Below are positions 28,019 to 36,940 of a stretch of 64,000 nt of DNA, in pieces. Every line of letters begins with the position of its first letter. The first letter of the stretch is position 1. The DNA is from a virus. Its lineage: Duplodnaviria; Caudoviricetes. The stretch lies in IMG/VR virus record IMGVR_UViG_3300042970_000025, one strand, 5' to 3'. The notes beneath the pieces were generated by a model, which saw nothing but the letters and a program-made list of their open reading frames with translations, did no database searches and had not been told where the DNA came from. A program made the translations under genes and the position numbers.

Positions 28019-28049
28019 AAAGACCGCCTGCAATGGGGCGGTCTTTTTA
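28019..28049. terminator. Bidirectional terminator between yafQ and HNH gene
   Basis: aaagaccgcc tgcaatgg ggcggtctttt. Confidence 0.8.
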
Positions 28050-28400
28050 TCTGTCACCGCGTTTCCCGTGGATCTTCTCGTGACAGCTCCGGCATAAACT
28101 TTCGAGGTTACTTTCGTCGTTCGTTCCACCTTCGGAGATCGGAATGATATGGTGGACCTCCTCAACTGGAACGTAGCGCCCTTGCTTTAGGCACTCCTCG
28201 CAGAGAGGGTGCTTTTTTACGTAGCGGGTCCTTATCTTTCTCCACTGACTCCCGTAACGCTTATGTCCGTTGTAGCCGCGGGTGAAGTGGTCGTAGTGCT
28301 GCTGCATCTGTTTCTTATGAGCAGGGCAGTACTGCTCACCATCTTCAGCGAGGTTGCTGCAGCCTGGGTAGCGGCAGGGACGCTTAGGTTTCCTTGGCAT
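28047..28400 (-). CDS. Packaging-associated HNH endonuclease (gp74-like)
   Basis: MPRKPKRPC..PGC, PLCE.C, EVHHI.P...GG.....NL.SLC..CH...H. Confidence 0.92.
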   Translation of the reverse strand: MPRKPKRPCRYPGCSNLAEDGEQYCPAHKKQMQQHYDHFTRGYNGHKRYGSQWRKIRTRYVKKHPLCEECLKQGRYVPVEEVHHIIPISEGGTNDESNLESLCRSCHEKIHGKRGDR

Positions 28401-28482
28401 GACTTTCACTCCCTTGCATAACAAAAGCCCCGGAAGGGATTAACCTTTCGAGGCTTGTCTTACTATCTTGCTTTTCGCTAAG

Positions 28483-28531
28483 TATATATTACCACGAATG
28501 ACAGGTGGACATTTTAGGGCATTTCGGGCGA
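28483..28531 (-). promoter_or_regulatory. Late promoter with activator-binding direct repeats
   Basis: Minus strand gcccgaaat-gccctaaaat-gtccacc then TGGTAATAT extended -10, right after the ArpU/RinA-like gene. Confidence 0.55.
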
Positions 28532-28532
28532 A

Positions 28533-28970
28533 TTACAATTTTTTGATGGTGATTGGATCATCCGGAACCTTTACGTGCTGCAGTGCGTCGCCGTGCCATC
28601 TGCGAACGGTCCTGGCATCCGCATTCAGTAAGGTCCCGATCATTTCCCACGTGTAATTATGAACGTAGCGGTAGCGCAGGACCATCTGCTCATCGGTGTT
28701 CTCGACCTTGGAAATGACGGAACGGATCTGATCCTTTAAATCAACGTAGAGATCAATCTCTTTGTCGATCTGGTGCTCCAGCTCGATGATCTTTTCAATC
28801 GAATGGACAAAAGGTGCATCACCGTTGTGGCTGGTCTGGACACGTTCAGTAAAAGCAGGGGATGAAACAGAAGCAGACATGCTCCGAAGTCTTCCGACCT
28901 CTTCAATATCACTGTTAATCCTCTGGTCCAGCCGGTACGACTGACGAAGGTATTCTTTCGGTGTCATCAT
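28533..28970 (-). CDS. ArpU/RinA-family late transcriptional activator (DUF1492-like)
   Basis: KEYL.Q...LD.RI, VLRYRY....TWE.I...L......V.RWH..AL. Confidence 0.85.
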   Translation of the reverse strand: MMTPKEYLRQSYRLDQRINSDIEEVGRLRSMSASVSSPAFTERVQTSHNGDAPFVHSIEKIIELEHQIDKEIDLYVDLKDQIRSVISKVENTDEQMVLRYRYVHNYTWEMIGTLLNADARTVRRWHGDALQHVKVPDDPITIKKL

Positions 28971-29185
28971 AATTTTTCCTCCTCATATAGTTTCTGAAGC
29001 AGTGCGTTTCCGTCGACCGTTGTTAGAAAGTAGAACCACTTCGACTTGAAAAACTTTTCGGTATCGTGTTGTAGTCGCTGTCCTGCTAGGCTGTTTGGAT
29101 TTCGGTGGATTAACATGGCTGCATGCCTCCAGTCCTTGACCGCCTGCAGGACGATGGCATTAATCAATGCTTCATAAGGATTCAT
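28967..29185 (-). CDS. Hypothetical phage protein
   Basis: YE.L.NAIV.QAVKD.R...EKFF.S.W...LT.VDG motif; RBS; coupled to neighbours. Confidence 0.7.
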   Translation of the reverse strand: MNPYEALINAIVLQAVKDWRHAAMLIHRNPNSLAGQRLQHDTEKFFKSKWFYFLTTVDGNALLQKLYEEEKL

Positions 29186-29627
29186 TATTACCTCCAGATT
29201 TAGGATCACCGGTTTCATGACAATCTGTTGTAAAGTAACGGATCGTGCGTCTTCGTCTGATGGCACGGTTGTATTCTGTCTGCATGCCGGACGAATAGTC
29301 TCCATCAGAAAAGATCCAGATCTGATCACACTTGTCCATCAGGAGCTTCCCAAAGAAAAGACCTAACCTACGTTCATTCGGATCGTCATCCTTGAGAAAC
29401 TGTGGGTAGAGAAGATGACTGCATACAGGGATTGCACCTTGATTTACAGCAAAACGGCAGTAACGTTTGGCATCGTTTACATTCTCTTGGATGTCACCGG
29501 CATAACGACTTACGATGTAGACGAGCGGACGGTAGCGTTTTTTCTTTTCTTCTGCAGCCACGTGAGACAGGGCGATGCTTGCAGTCGGATCGCTATATCC
29601 TTCGCTGTTCTGATAGACATTACGCAT
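29172..29627 (-). CDS. DUF4406/nucleoside deoxyribosyltransferase-like phage protein
   Basis: NSEGY.DPTA, VYI.S.YAGD, HLLYPQF, S.GM..E...A. Confidence 0.7.
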   Translation of the reverse strand: MRNVYQNSEGYSDPTASIALSHVAAEEKKKRYRPLVYIVSRYAGDIQENVNDAKRYCRFAVNQGAIPVCSHLLYPQFLKDDDPNERRLGLFFGKLLMDKCDQIWIFSDGDYSSGMQTEYNRAIRRRRTIRYFTTDCHETGDPKSGGNNESL

Positions 29628-30027
29628 GGCGTTCCTCCATTTTATGAATTTCAATTGAAATACCAGTCGGCTCATCGGACCAGCGCTTTTCGGCAGTCTC
29701 TTTCACGACCTGGGCATCATCTTTCCAATAGCCACAACGGGTCATGCAGTCTTTTAGCATCTTTTCGAGGTTGTCGGTGTCTGGACGGGTAATGCGCCAT
29801 TCACCGTGCTTGTGAGATTTACCCTTCGGAAATAACCATATGACGTGAAGGGAAAGGGGACCAGTAAGCGGTTTATTGGGGCGGTGCAATATTAGTTTTT
29901 CTGTCAGGAGATGCTTGGCTTTTTTAAGTTTTGCTGGTTCGTAGAAGATCGGCTTTCCATGTATAATGCGCACCTGCTTTTCCTGAGCAGTCGCAGTAGG
30001 TGGGATCATTTCGATAAAAAATTTCAT
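29620..30027 (-). CDS. rusA: RusA-family Holliday junction resolvase
   Basis: RPDTDNL.K.LKDCMT..G.W.DDAQV. Confidence 0.88.
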   Translation of the reverse strand: MKFFIEMIPPTATAQEKQVRIIHGKPIFYEPAKLKKAKHLLTEKLILHRPNKPLTGPLSLHVIWLFPKGKSHKHGEWRITRPDTDNLEKMLKDCMTRCGYWKDDAQVVKETAEKRWSDEPTGISIEIHKMEERHA

Positions 30028-30084
30028 AAAGTGTTCCTTTCCGGACATTTTATCCATTCGAATTGTCAGCCGCAGCGTTCCGTT

Positions 30085-30250
30085 TCAGTGTGTGGAAGGA
30101 CGGACGTTTACGTCCTTCCACCACATGGAACGTCCACAGGCGGACAATATATCTATATATATAGGCGGTTGACTATAAATGGACAAACGAGAAATAATCG
30201 GTTGTCGTCCATATCCGGACAACCGGGATTTACTTCGGTTGTCCATCTGG
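30085..30250. other. Putative replication origin: inverted repeats, GGACAA repeats, AT-rich core
   Basis: tggaaggacg..cgtccttcca and ggacaaccg..cggttgtcc inverted repeats, repeated GGACAA/TTGTC, tatatctatatatata; at the end of the primase-helicase gene. Confidence 0.45.
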
Positions 30251-32257
30251 TTTTGTGAGACGTTTTACAACGCCGTTTGTACAGTTATAAAATTCCTTCA
30301 GCTCGGACAGATACCGTTTTACTGTGCGGGATGAGATATCAAGGTATTCAGCGATATCTTTTACCGTAATCTGGATATTCTCATCTGTGCAGAGTGCATC
30401 ATAAGCATTGTCTACTGAGGCGTGGCGGCTTTCCGGAGTGGAGTAGTTCCCGGACTTCGTCAGGTTTGCAATCGGACTTCCTTCAGCGCCCAGCCGGGCA
30501 AGTTCGCCAGTTGTATCGAGCCGGTGGATTGGATATTCAAACCAGAAATTTACTGGAGAGATATTCGCAAATTCACGAAGGGATGACTCCATCCGCCAAG
30601 CTGTGGCACCACTGTCTGCAACATGATTTTTCAGATCATCTGAGAGTTCAAGCTGAATCATGTCAAGCTGCGCATCAGGGTCTCTCGCAAATACACCTGA
30701 GCCACTTGCTCGATCCATTGCCTTCTTCATTCCTTGTGCACCCTTGCTGTGGTGATGACAGTAGATGGTCGAGCATCCGGTTTCCGTGCAGATCTTATCG
30801 AATTGGTTACAGAATGCACCCATCTCAGATGCATTGTTTTCATCGCCCGTGATCACCTTGTAGATTGGGTCGATAATGATCGCATCTAAGTGCTGGTCTT
30901 TTACTCTTCGGATGAGTTTTGGTACCAGTTGATCCAGAGGGACAGCGTGGCCTCTGAGGTTCCAGATTACGATGTCTTCGGTATGCTTCTTTGGCAGGCC
31001 AAGTGCATCATAGATTCTTAAAAATCGAACGATTGCAGATGCCGGATCAATCTCCAGATTGACATAGAGGACCCGGCCTTTTTTACATTCAAATCCGAGC
31101 CATTTTTTTCCTTCAGCGATAGCAATGCAAAGTTCCATCAAGAGAAAAGATTTTCCAGCCTTTGAGGAACCGGAAACGAGCATTTTGTGGCCACGCCTGA
31201 GAATTCCTTTGATCAGTTCCTCAGGAAGTTCCGGCGGGCTGTCTTTGTACTCGGAAAGTGAGACCATACCTGGAAGTTCATCGCTTATTCCTTCGACGAA
31301 GTCCATCCAATCGGTCCATGATTTCCTACCGATATTTGTGGCGACAAGATACTGTCTGTTGCCGCTCCTCGTTACGCCGGGCATCCGGGAAAGGCGGGAA
31401 GGGTTTCTGTTCTGCTTGTCGATTGAAACATTGTGCTTTTCAAGAAAATCATAGAGAAATTCGACGCGTTTCCGGTATTCCTCGTAATTGTCTGCATCGA
31501 CATGAACGATCGCATGCAGGCTTTTTCCGCCAGAGTGGACGAGGGCAGCAATCGGAAGCTCAAGCTTTCTAAAAAGGACATCCTGTTCCGAAACCGGAAT
31601 GGAATCTGACTCCACCAGTGCATAGGTAAAGCGGGTAATATTATCGTTCTTAACGCTTTCACCATCCACTGGATTGAAACGGATCCACGCACCAGCTTCT
31701 TCCTTCCAGTCACCGATCGTTGCTCCGAGGTCATCTGGGTGCTTTTTTAATGATTCGATCAATTCTCCGGCTGTGCGGTCATAGACACCTTTACTCGGAA
31801 GCCATTTGCCGTCCTTATCCTGCCAGACGTCGTTTGTCACATAGCCGACACGCTCGTCAGGCTTAAAGAGAATAGAAAGGTAGGTAATAAGATCTTTGAC
31901 CGGATCCCATGCGTCGGGAGCGGTGAACCCGTTAAATCCGTCGTTGCCGTCATACTCGATTGCATCATCCCAATTCATTACCCCGTCTTCACCGAGAAAC
32001 GGTTTCCATCCGCGCTCTTTAGCCATCTGTACGATAGTGCCGCCTTTCACAGGGTTGTGACTTCCGTGAAAGCCTGCCCATTTCTGCTCGCACTCACCCG
32101 GCTTATACCTGGGGTCGTTTCTGCTCCAGTCGTCCCAGATGGAGCATGGAAGTCCTTCCTCTTTTAAGGCCATGCCGACTGCAATCCAGTCTGCGCGGGA
32201 GAGGGAAGAGACGTCTATGGACTTAAGAGCAGAAAGTAAAATTGTGTTATTTTCCAT
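30230..32257 (-). CDS. Primase/helicase (PriCT-2 + AAA_25 RepA-like)
   Basis: WIAVGMALK...WDDWS, SGGKSLHA, GSSKAGKS, IIIDPIYK, HHHSKG, RASGSG. Confidence 0.9.
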   Translation of the reverse strand: MENNTILLSALKSIDVSSLSRADWIAVGMALKEEGLPCSIWDDWSRNDPRYKPGECEQKWAGFHGSHNPVKGGTIVQMAKERGWKPFLGEDGVMNWDDAIEYDGNDGFNGFTAPDAWDPVKDLITYLSILFKPDERVGYVTNDVWQDKDGKWLPSKGVYDRTAGELIESLKKHPDDLGATIGDWKEEAGAWIRFNPVDGESVKNDNITRFTYALVESDSIPVSEQDVLFRKLELPIAALVHSGGKSLHAIVHVDADNYEEYRKRVEFLYDFLEKHNVSIDKQNRNPSRLSRMPGVTRSGNRQYLVATNIGRKSWTDWMDFVEGISDELPGMVSLSEYKDSPPELPEELIKGILRRGHKMLVSGSSKAGKSFLLMELCIAIAEGKKWLGFECKKGRVLYVNLEIDPASAIVRFLRIYDALGLPKKHTEDIVIWNLRGHAVPLDQLVPKLIRRVKDQHLDAIIIDPIYKVITGDENNASEMGAFCNQFDKICTETGCSTIYCHHHSKGAQGMKKAMDRASGSGVFARDPDAQLDMIQLELSDDLKNHVADSGATAWRMESSLREFANISPVNFWFEYPIHRLDTTGELARLGAEGSPIANLTKSGNYSTPESRHASVDNAYDALCTDENIQITVKDIAEYLDISSRTVKRYLSELKEFYNCTNGVVKRLTKPDGQPK

Positions 32258-33850
32258 TTATCTGCCTCCGTGCGGTATATAGCCAGAAGGTGTAATACCA
32301 TAAGGTACGCGCCAGTGATTATTGGCAAGCGCTGAGATTAAGCTGCTTGCGTCAGAAAACTGCCACGTCCCGACTTGCCTGAAACCGTACCTTTCGAGGC
32401 AGCGGATCTGTTTTGGAGTGGCAAGTCCGGCCTCTTGACGACGTTTCAATTTGTCGATTAAGAGTGACGCCATACCAGCATTGGAAACGGAATCCGGAAA
32501 GATCCCACGGCGTTCCAGAAACTGAAGTTGCTTTTCTGTAGGTGGAGCCATCTCCCATGCAAAAGTAGGTTCATAATTCGCTAAATCCTCAGCTGCAATT
32601 GAGAGTGCATATTGAATCGGGTCCACAAGCTTCCGTTTTCTGCCACGCATTTCTGCAAGCTGTCTGGCAAGGGATTCCTCACGTTCTGCCAAGACATCAC
32701 GCTCGGCCTGTTCCTCGGATTCGATGAGATCGATACCGTCAGCGTTATCCTGCATTCTCTTATCGATTTTCTTGGAAATGATTTCGTCCTTACTGATTAA
32801 AGACGATGGCTTGCAGAGGTCGTGCCGCTGTGTCATCCAGAGAAAATCAAGAAGCAAGAGATTCTTTTTCCCAGGTGCAAGCCTCATGCCGCGGCCTACC
32901 ATCTGTTGGTAGAGAGAGCGGACTTTTGTCGGGCGAAGGACCACAATACAATCGACAGATGGGCAGTCCCAGCCTTCGGTAAGAAGCATCGAGTTACAGA
33001 GAACGTCATATTTTCCGTCTTCAAAATTCTTCAGGATATCGGAACGGTCATCAGAATTTCCGTTCACTTCCGCAGCTCTAAGGCCCACATCATTCAGCAG
33101 CTTACAGAACTTCTGGCTCGTCGCGATAAGTGGGAGGAAGACGACGGTCTTTCTGTTCTTGCAGTAGTTTTTCATTTCCTCGGCAATCTGCATGAGATAA
33201 GGTTCCAATGCGCAGCCAATTTCACCAGCAGCAAAGTCACCGCTTGAAATTCCAACCTTGCTGATATCGAGGTTAAGTGGAATAAGCTGTGCTTTGATCG
33301 GGCAGAGGTAGCCTTCTTTGATGGCATCCGTCATGGAGTATTCATATGCCTTGGAATCGAAAAAATCACCGAGGCTTTTCATATCTCCGCGGTCCGGGGT
33401 TGCTGTGACACCGAGGATATTCGCTCTTGGAAAATGATTCAGAACGCGCAGATAGGAATCCGATGTGCAGTGATGCGCTTCATCAACTACGATGTCCTGA
33501 AAGTAGTTTTCCGGAAACCGGGACAGTCTCTTTTCCTGTGCGAGGGACTGCACAGAGCCGACCGTCACTGGAAGCATATTTCCGAGGCTAGTAGAATCTG
33601 CTTTTTCAAGGCAGGAGTCGATACCGGTGGCTTCCTTCAGTTTATCCGCTGCCTGTTCAAGAAGCTCTCCACGGTGTGCCATGATCAAAACCCGGTGTCC
33701 TTTATTTACCTGATTTTCAGTGACAGAAGCAAATACAACTGTCTTGCCACATCCCGTCGGGAGGACAAGGAGCGTCTTCCGATGCCCCTCATCCCACTCA
33801 TTCAGGATGGCCTGCTTCGCTTCAGCCTGATAAGGTCTAAGATGAAACAT
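32258..33850 (-). CDS. SF2 DEAD/DEAH-box helicase
   Basis: LRPYQ, LPTGCGKT, DEAHH, TATP, LTEGWD, QMVGRG.R. Confidence 0.93.
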   Translation of the reverse strand: MFHLRPYQAEAKQAILNEWDEGHRKTLLVLPTGCGKTVVFASVTENQVNKGHRVLIMAHRGELLEQAADKLKEATGIDSCLEKADSTSLGNMLPVTVGSVQSLAQEKRLSRFPENYFQDIVVDEAHHCTSDSYLRVLNHFPRANILGVTATPDRGDMKSLGDFFDSKAYEYSMTDAIKEGYLCPIKAQLIPLNLDISKVGISSGDFAAGEIGCALEPYLMQIAEEMKNYCKNRKTVVFLPLIATSQKFCKLLNDVGLRAAEVNGNSDDRSDILKNFEDGKYDVLCNSMLLTEGWDCPSVDCIVVLRPTKVRSLYQQMVGRGMRLAPGKKNLLLLDFLWMTQRHDLCKPSSLISKDEIISKKIDKRMQDNADGIDLIESEEQAERDVLAEREESLARQLAEMRGRKRKLVDPIQYALSIAAEDLANYEPTFAWEMAPPTEKQLQFLERRGIFPDSVSNAGMASLLIDKLKRRQEAGLATPKQIRCLERYGFRQVGTWQFSDASSLISALANNHWRVPYGITPSGYIPHGGR

Positions 33851-33864
33851 TTGTACCTCCTTTG

Positions 33865-34359
33865 TTAAAACGGAAGCGTTTCCTGACCGTCATCGACCGG
33901 GATCCAGTCATCTTCTTCCGGGAAATTCTTCGGATCGTAATCATAGAAACGGTCGACGTCATTTGCCTGACGTTCATTTCCGTCACGGTCTGTATAGGTG
34001 CGCGGCTTAAAGTGCGCCCGTCCACGGCTTCCTACAACTTTGTTCCAGTCCATGACAAGGCGCTCGCCATGCTTTTTCTGGCCAATGCAGCGGAAGAAAG
34101 CAGAAAGACGCCACTCTACGAGACGGTTTAAAATGAGATCGGTGCGAACATTGGCCACTCCGTCGTCGGTCTTCACCTGCAGAGTAAGAGTTGCCTTGTT
34201 GCAAGGGGACATCTTTGCACTTCCAGGGAAGCGCCCGCGCTCAAAATTCGTGACCGTGAAGTTGTAGTCTCCTTCCGGCAGAATGATATATTCCTGACCA
34301 TCTGTCTCGAGAGCATCATTCCAATCCATCCCGGCGTTCATGTTCGTGTTGTCAATCAT
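33865..34359 (-). CDS. Single-stranded DNA-binding protein (DUF669-like)
   Basis: LPEGDY.F.V, acidic C-terminus ending LPF; follows Sak4. Confidence 0.75.
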   Translation of the reverse strand: MIDNTNMNAGMDWNDALETDGQEYIILPEGDYNFTVTNFERGRFPGSAKMSPCNKATLTLQVKTDDGVANVRTDLILNRLVEWRLSAFFRCIGQKKHGERLVMDWNKVVGSRGRAHFKPRTYTDRDGNERQANDVDRFYDYDPKNFPEEDDWIPVDDGQETLPF

Positions 34360-34373
34360 AAGTTAACCTCCAT

Positions 34374-35333
34374 TTAATGCTGGGCTTCCTTGCCCTTGTG
34401 AATAAGCTTTAAAATCTGCGGCCAGTATTTAATAAGCCAGCCGTTGATGAAACGGTCCTCGTATTTATCAATTGGAACCGTGATATCGTAATGTCCTTTG
34501 GATGTGACGACCTTCCGGATTTCTGCATCCGTTACATGCGATTCCTTCATCAGCTGATGAAGTTTCTGAATGGACGTGGCCTCTTCAGTGGCAGAAGCTT
34601 CTTCAGGTTTGGCAGTTTCCGGGCGCTCATAGATAAAGGCGATGTTCTTGTAGTCAAGATCTACAATCATTGGCATCTTGACCCTTGTCTTCGCGTCCCA
34701 GGCCGGATGGTGGGTTGTGTAGATTACCCGCTTACCACCCTGCGGTTTCTTCGCATTACTTTCGGATGTGACGACGTATGTCTGGTAGTTGCAGAAGAAG
34801 AGGTGATCGCACCATTCCTTCAGAAGCGGGGCGACCTGCTTGCTGAGTTTTAACTCCCAGCGGTCATAGGCACCCATTTCATCCGGCTGCTCGAATTTCC
34901 TCATCTTGGCATGAGCCGTGATCGTCACATTGATTCCGGCTGCAATCACCTGATCGCAGGCAGAAAGAAGTCTTGCGAATTCTTCGGCCAGATACGTGTA
35001 ACCTTTTCCGTAACCGAAGCTTTCAATTGAGCTCTGCTTGTACTTGGTGCAGAGATAGGTAGTGACAAGCTGCTCCGCCCAGTCAGCGGTATCAATTACC
35101 AGCGTCTTGCAGATGCCCGGTGTGGCAGCGACTTCCTTGACGATACCGAGGAGTTCCTCCCAGGAAGCTGGTTTATCGATACGACGTACGTCCATGAAGG
35201 CAGTACCACCTTCGGTATCGATAACAACCGGATCCGGAAAATGGGCGGCAAGCGTTGTTTTGCCGATGCCCTCGGGACCGTAGATGACCGTCTTCTGGGC
35301 GCGGTCTACTTTCCCCTTGGTGATGTTAAGCAC
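34374..35333 (-). CDS. Sak4-like recombinase (AAA_24)
   Basis: YGPEGIGKTT, IDTEGG, LVIDTADW, GYGKGY, HPAWDAK.R. Confidence 0.88.
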   Translation of the reverse strand: MLNITKGKVDRAQKTVIYGPEGIGKTTLAAHFPDPVVIDTEGGTAFMDVRRIDKPASWEELLGIVKEVAATPGICKTLVIDTADWAEQLVTTYLCTKYKQSSIESFGYGKGYTYLAEEFARLLSACDQVIAAGINVTITAHAKMRKFEQPDEMGAYDRWELKLSKQVAPLLKEWCDHLFFCNYQTYVVTSESNAKKPQGGKRVIYTTHHPAWDAKTRVKMPMIVDLDYKNIAFIYERPETAKPEEASATEEATSIQKLHQLMKESHVTDAEIRKVVTSKGHYDITVPIDKYEDRFINGWLIKYWPQILKLIHKGKEAQH

Positions 35334-35348
35334 GTTTATGACCTCCTT

Positions 35349-35864
35349 TTATTTAAGTGAGCAGCTGTAATCTTCGACCACGCTGCAGCCCGGCACATTG
35401 ACGCCGGAGTTGATGAGTTTCTTGACCTCAGTTTTGGCAACTTCTGGAGCAGGGATACGGAAGCAGTCCTTGTACTTGTTCCGCTTCAGCCAGCGCACAG
35501 CTTCCCCTGAGTCCTTCACATCGAGATGCGATGTCTTCCGATAGGAAAAGGTTGCAATTCCGAGGTCTGTCTTCTGACCGGCGCATTCGCGGTCGAGGAT
35601 TTTCATCAACCGATCTTCCTTTTTACTGAGCTGATCTCTTCTATTTTTCAGGCGCATTTCTTCCGCTTTCAGGGAGGCGGACTCGGACCTGAGATTTAAG
35701 ATCAGTTTCGCCAGCCAGGTGAGGATAGATTTCTTTTCCATCTGAAGAGAATCGATCTGCTGAAACAGCTCATCTGTATCACCTAAGATTTCTCCGGTTT
35801 CCGGATCAAACTCCATCGAGTCGGCCAGCCTCTGAATCTCTGCATTGATTTCGTAGAGCCTCAT
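35349..35864 (-). CDS. Siphovirus Gp157-family protein
   Basis: M.LYEI, D.ETGEI, coiled coil, SYRK, K..VK..I..G..VPG. Confidence 0.85.
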   Translation of the reverse strand: MRLYEINAEIQRLADSMEFDPETGEILGDTDELFQQIDSLQMEKKSILTWLAKLILNLRSESASLKAEEMRLKNRRDQLSKKEDRLMKILDRECAGQKTDLGIATFSYRKTSHLDVKDSGEAVRWLKRNKYKDCFRIPAPEVAKTEVKKLINSGVNVPGCSVVEDYSCSLK

Positions 35865-36055
35865 GACCTGCCTCCTTCTGGAACTTCTTTGATAGCAAGC
35901 TCCTCAACGCTGTCACCTGGGACGATGACCGTAAGGCCTGTTTTCTTTCCAAGCAGGAGACGAAGAAAACGCTCCCGGATAGAAAGGTGACGGCAGCTCA
36001 CGATTCCGCCATTTTTCGGTTTCTTCGATACGCTGATCTCCAGTTCATGTTTCAT
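35861..36055 (-). CDS. Small hypothetical phage protein
   Basis: MKH.L.ISVSK.P...GIV.CR...RERFLR.LLG...IVPGDSV; RBS GAGG. Confidence 0.7.
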   Translation of the reverse strand: MKHELEISVSKKPKNGGIVSCRHLSIRERFLRLLLGKKTGLTVIVPGDSVEELAIKEVPEGGRS

Positions 36056-36143
36056 AGTCGTTACCTCGCTTTCTGTAAAATACCGAGGAGGATTAATTTC
36101 CTCCTCGATATACGGACATTCCTGAGCCATTTTGATGGGGGCG

Positions 36144-36539
36144 TTACCGAAAAAATTTCTTGAATTTTTTCTTGGCGGCTGCGATAGACTCGTGCACGGA
36201 CTTATAATCCCTGCCTTCACGACGAGCGATCTCGCGCTCAGAAAGACCGCCTAAAAAGTGCTGGATCAACCGGCGCTGCTGTGTATCAGTGAGGTGGGAG
36301 AAAGCGGTCCTCATTTTGGCATCGCGCTCATCTGTGTCATTGAAAAGATTTTCTGTAGGATCAGGCAAACCATACTCTTTGCCCGCATACTTAATGCCGT
36401 CCAAAGAAATGCAGTGCCTGCGTTCCTTCCGGTCTGCAGAGTCTTCAGCACGGCGGCTTGCCGTGATGAATTCACCAATATCGGCTGTGGCTTCAACTGC
36501 TGTGACTTCGCCAGTGACTGATTTATAGCTGATCTTCAT
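36144..36539 (-). CDS. Sigma-70 region 4-like regulator, first gene of the early operon
   Basis: LTD.Q.RL....F..GLSEREIARREG....SV.ESI..A.KK HTH. Start at MKISY. Confidence 0.8.
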   Translation of the reverse strand: MKISYKSVTGEVTAVEATADIGEFITASRRAEDSADRKERRHCISLDGIKYAGKEYGLPDPTENLFNDTDERDAKMRTAFSHLTDTQQRRLIQHFLGGLSEREIARREGRDYKSVHESIAAAKKKFKKFFR

Positions 36540-36660
36540 AAAAAACCTCCATTCGCTTGTGCGGAATGGAGGAATCATCACGATCGGCTGCAAAAGGCAT
36601 AAAAAGGCCACTACAGTTTCTGAAGGAGAGTGCTCTCTCCATTCCGAAATTGCAGCAGCC
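36540..36660 (-). promoter_or_regulatory. Structured leader with two terminator-like hairpins and alternative pairing
   Basis: Hairpin 36606-36660 plus U5. Hairpin 36546-36572 plus U6, containing the RBS. 36637-36646 is complementary to 36562-36571. Confidence 0.65.
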
Positions 36661-36877
36661 TGCTCAAAAGACAGCTGGTTTCACTATTCAGTTTTTCCGC
36701 CTCGTTCAGTTGAGCGACAGGTGATCAATCCGTCCAGAACAGAGGTGGTTGCTCCGTGCATAACTCGAACAATATTTTTGAGCTATGAATCGACTTGTGT
36801 TAAACTATAAACATATGTCAACGTTAACATTCCATCGATCTGGAACTATCTGGATTATATGACAGGGCTTTGTTTTC

Positions 36878-36905
36878 TTGGGTCTTGTTTGGGTCAGGTT
36901 GGGTC
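36878..36905. repeat. Three phased TTGGGTC direct repeats (candidate operator)
   Basis: TTGGGTC at 36878, 36889, 36899 (11 and 10 bp spacing) in the divergent intergenic region. Confidence 0.6.
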
Positions 36906-36940
36906 AGCGTGGTTCAAAACGTGAGAAGGGAGAAAACTTC

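Noticed and set aside
123-36528. Numerous + strand ORFs overlapping phage genes (e.g. 1206-1880, 14240-14965) and - strand ORFs within the RM genes (e.g. 46721-47689)
   Set aside because: Antisense shadows of strongly coding genes, with no RBS or recognisable motifs.
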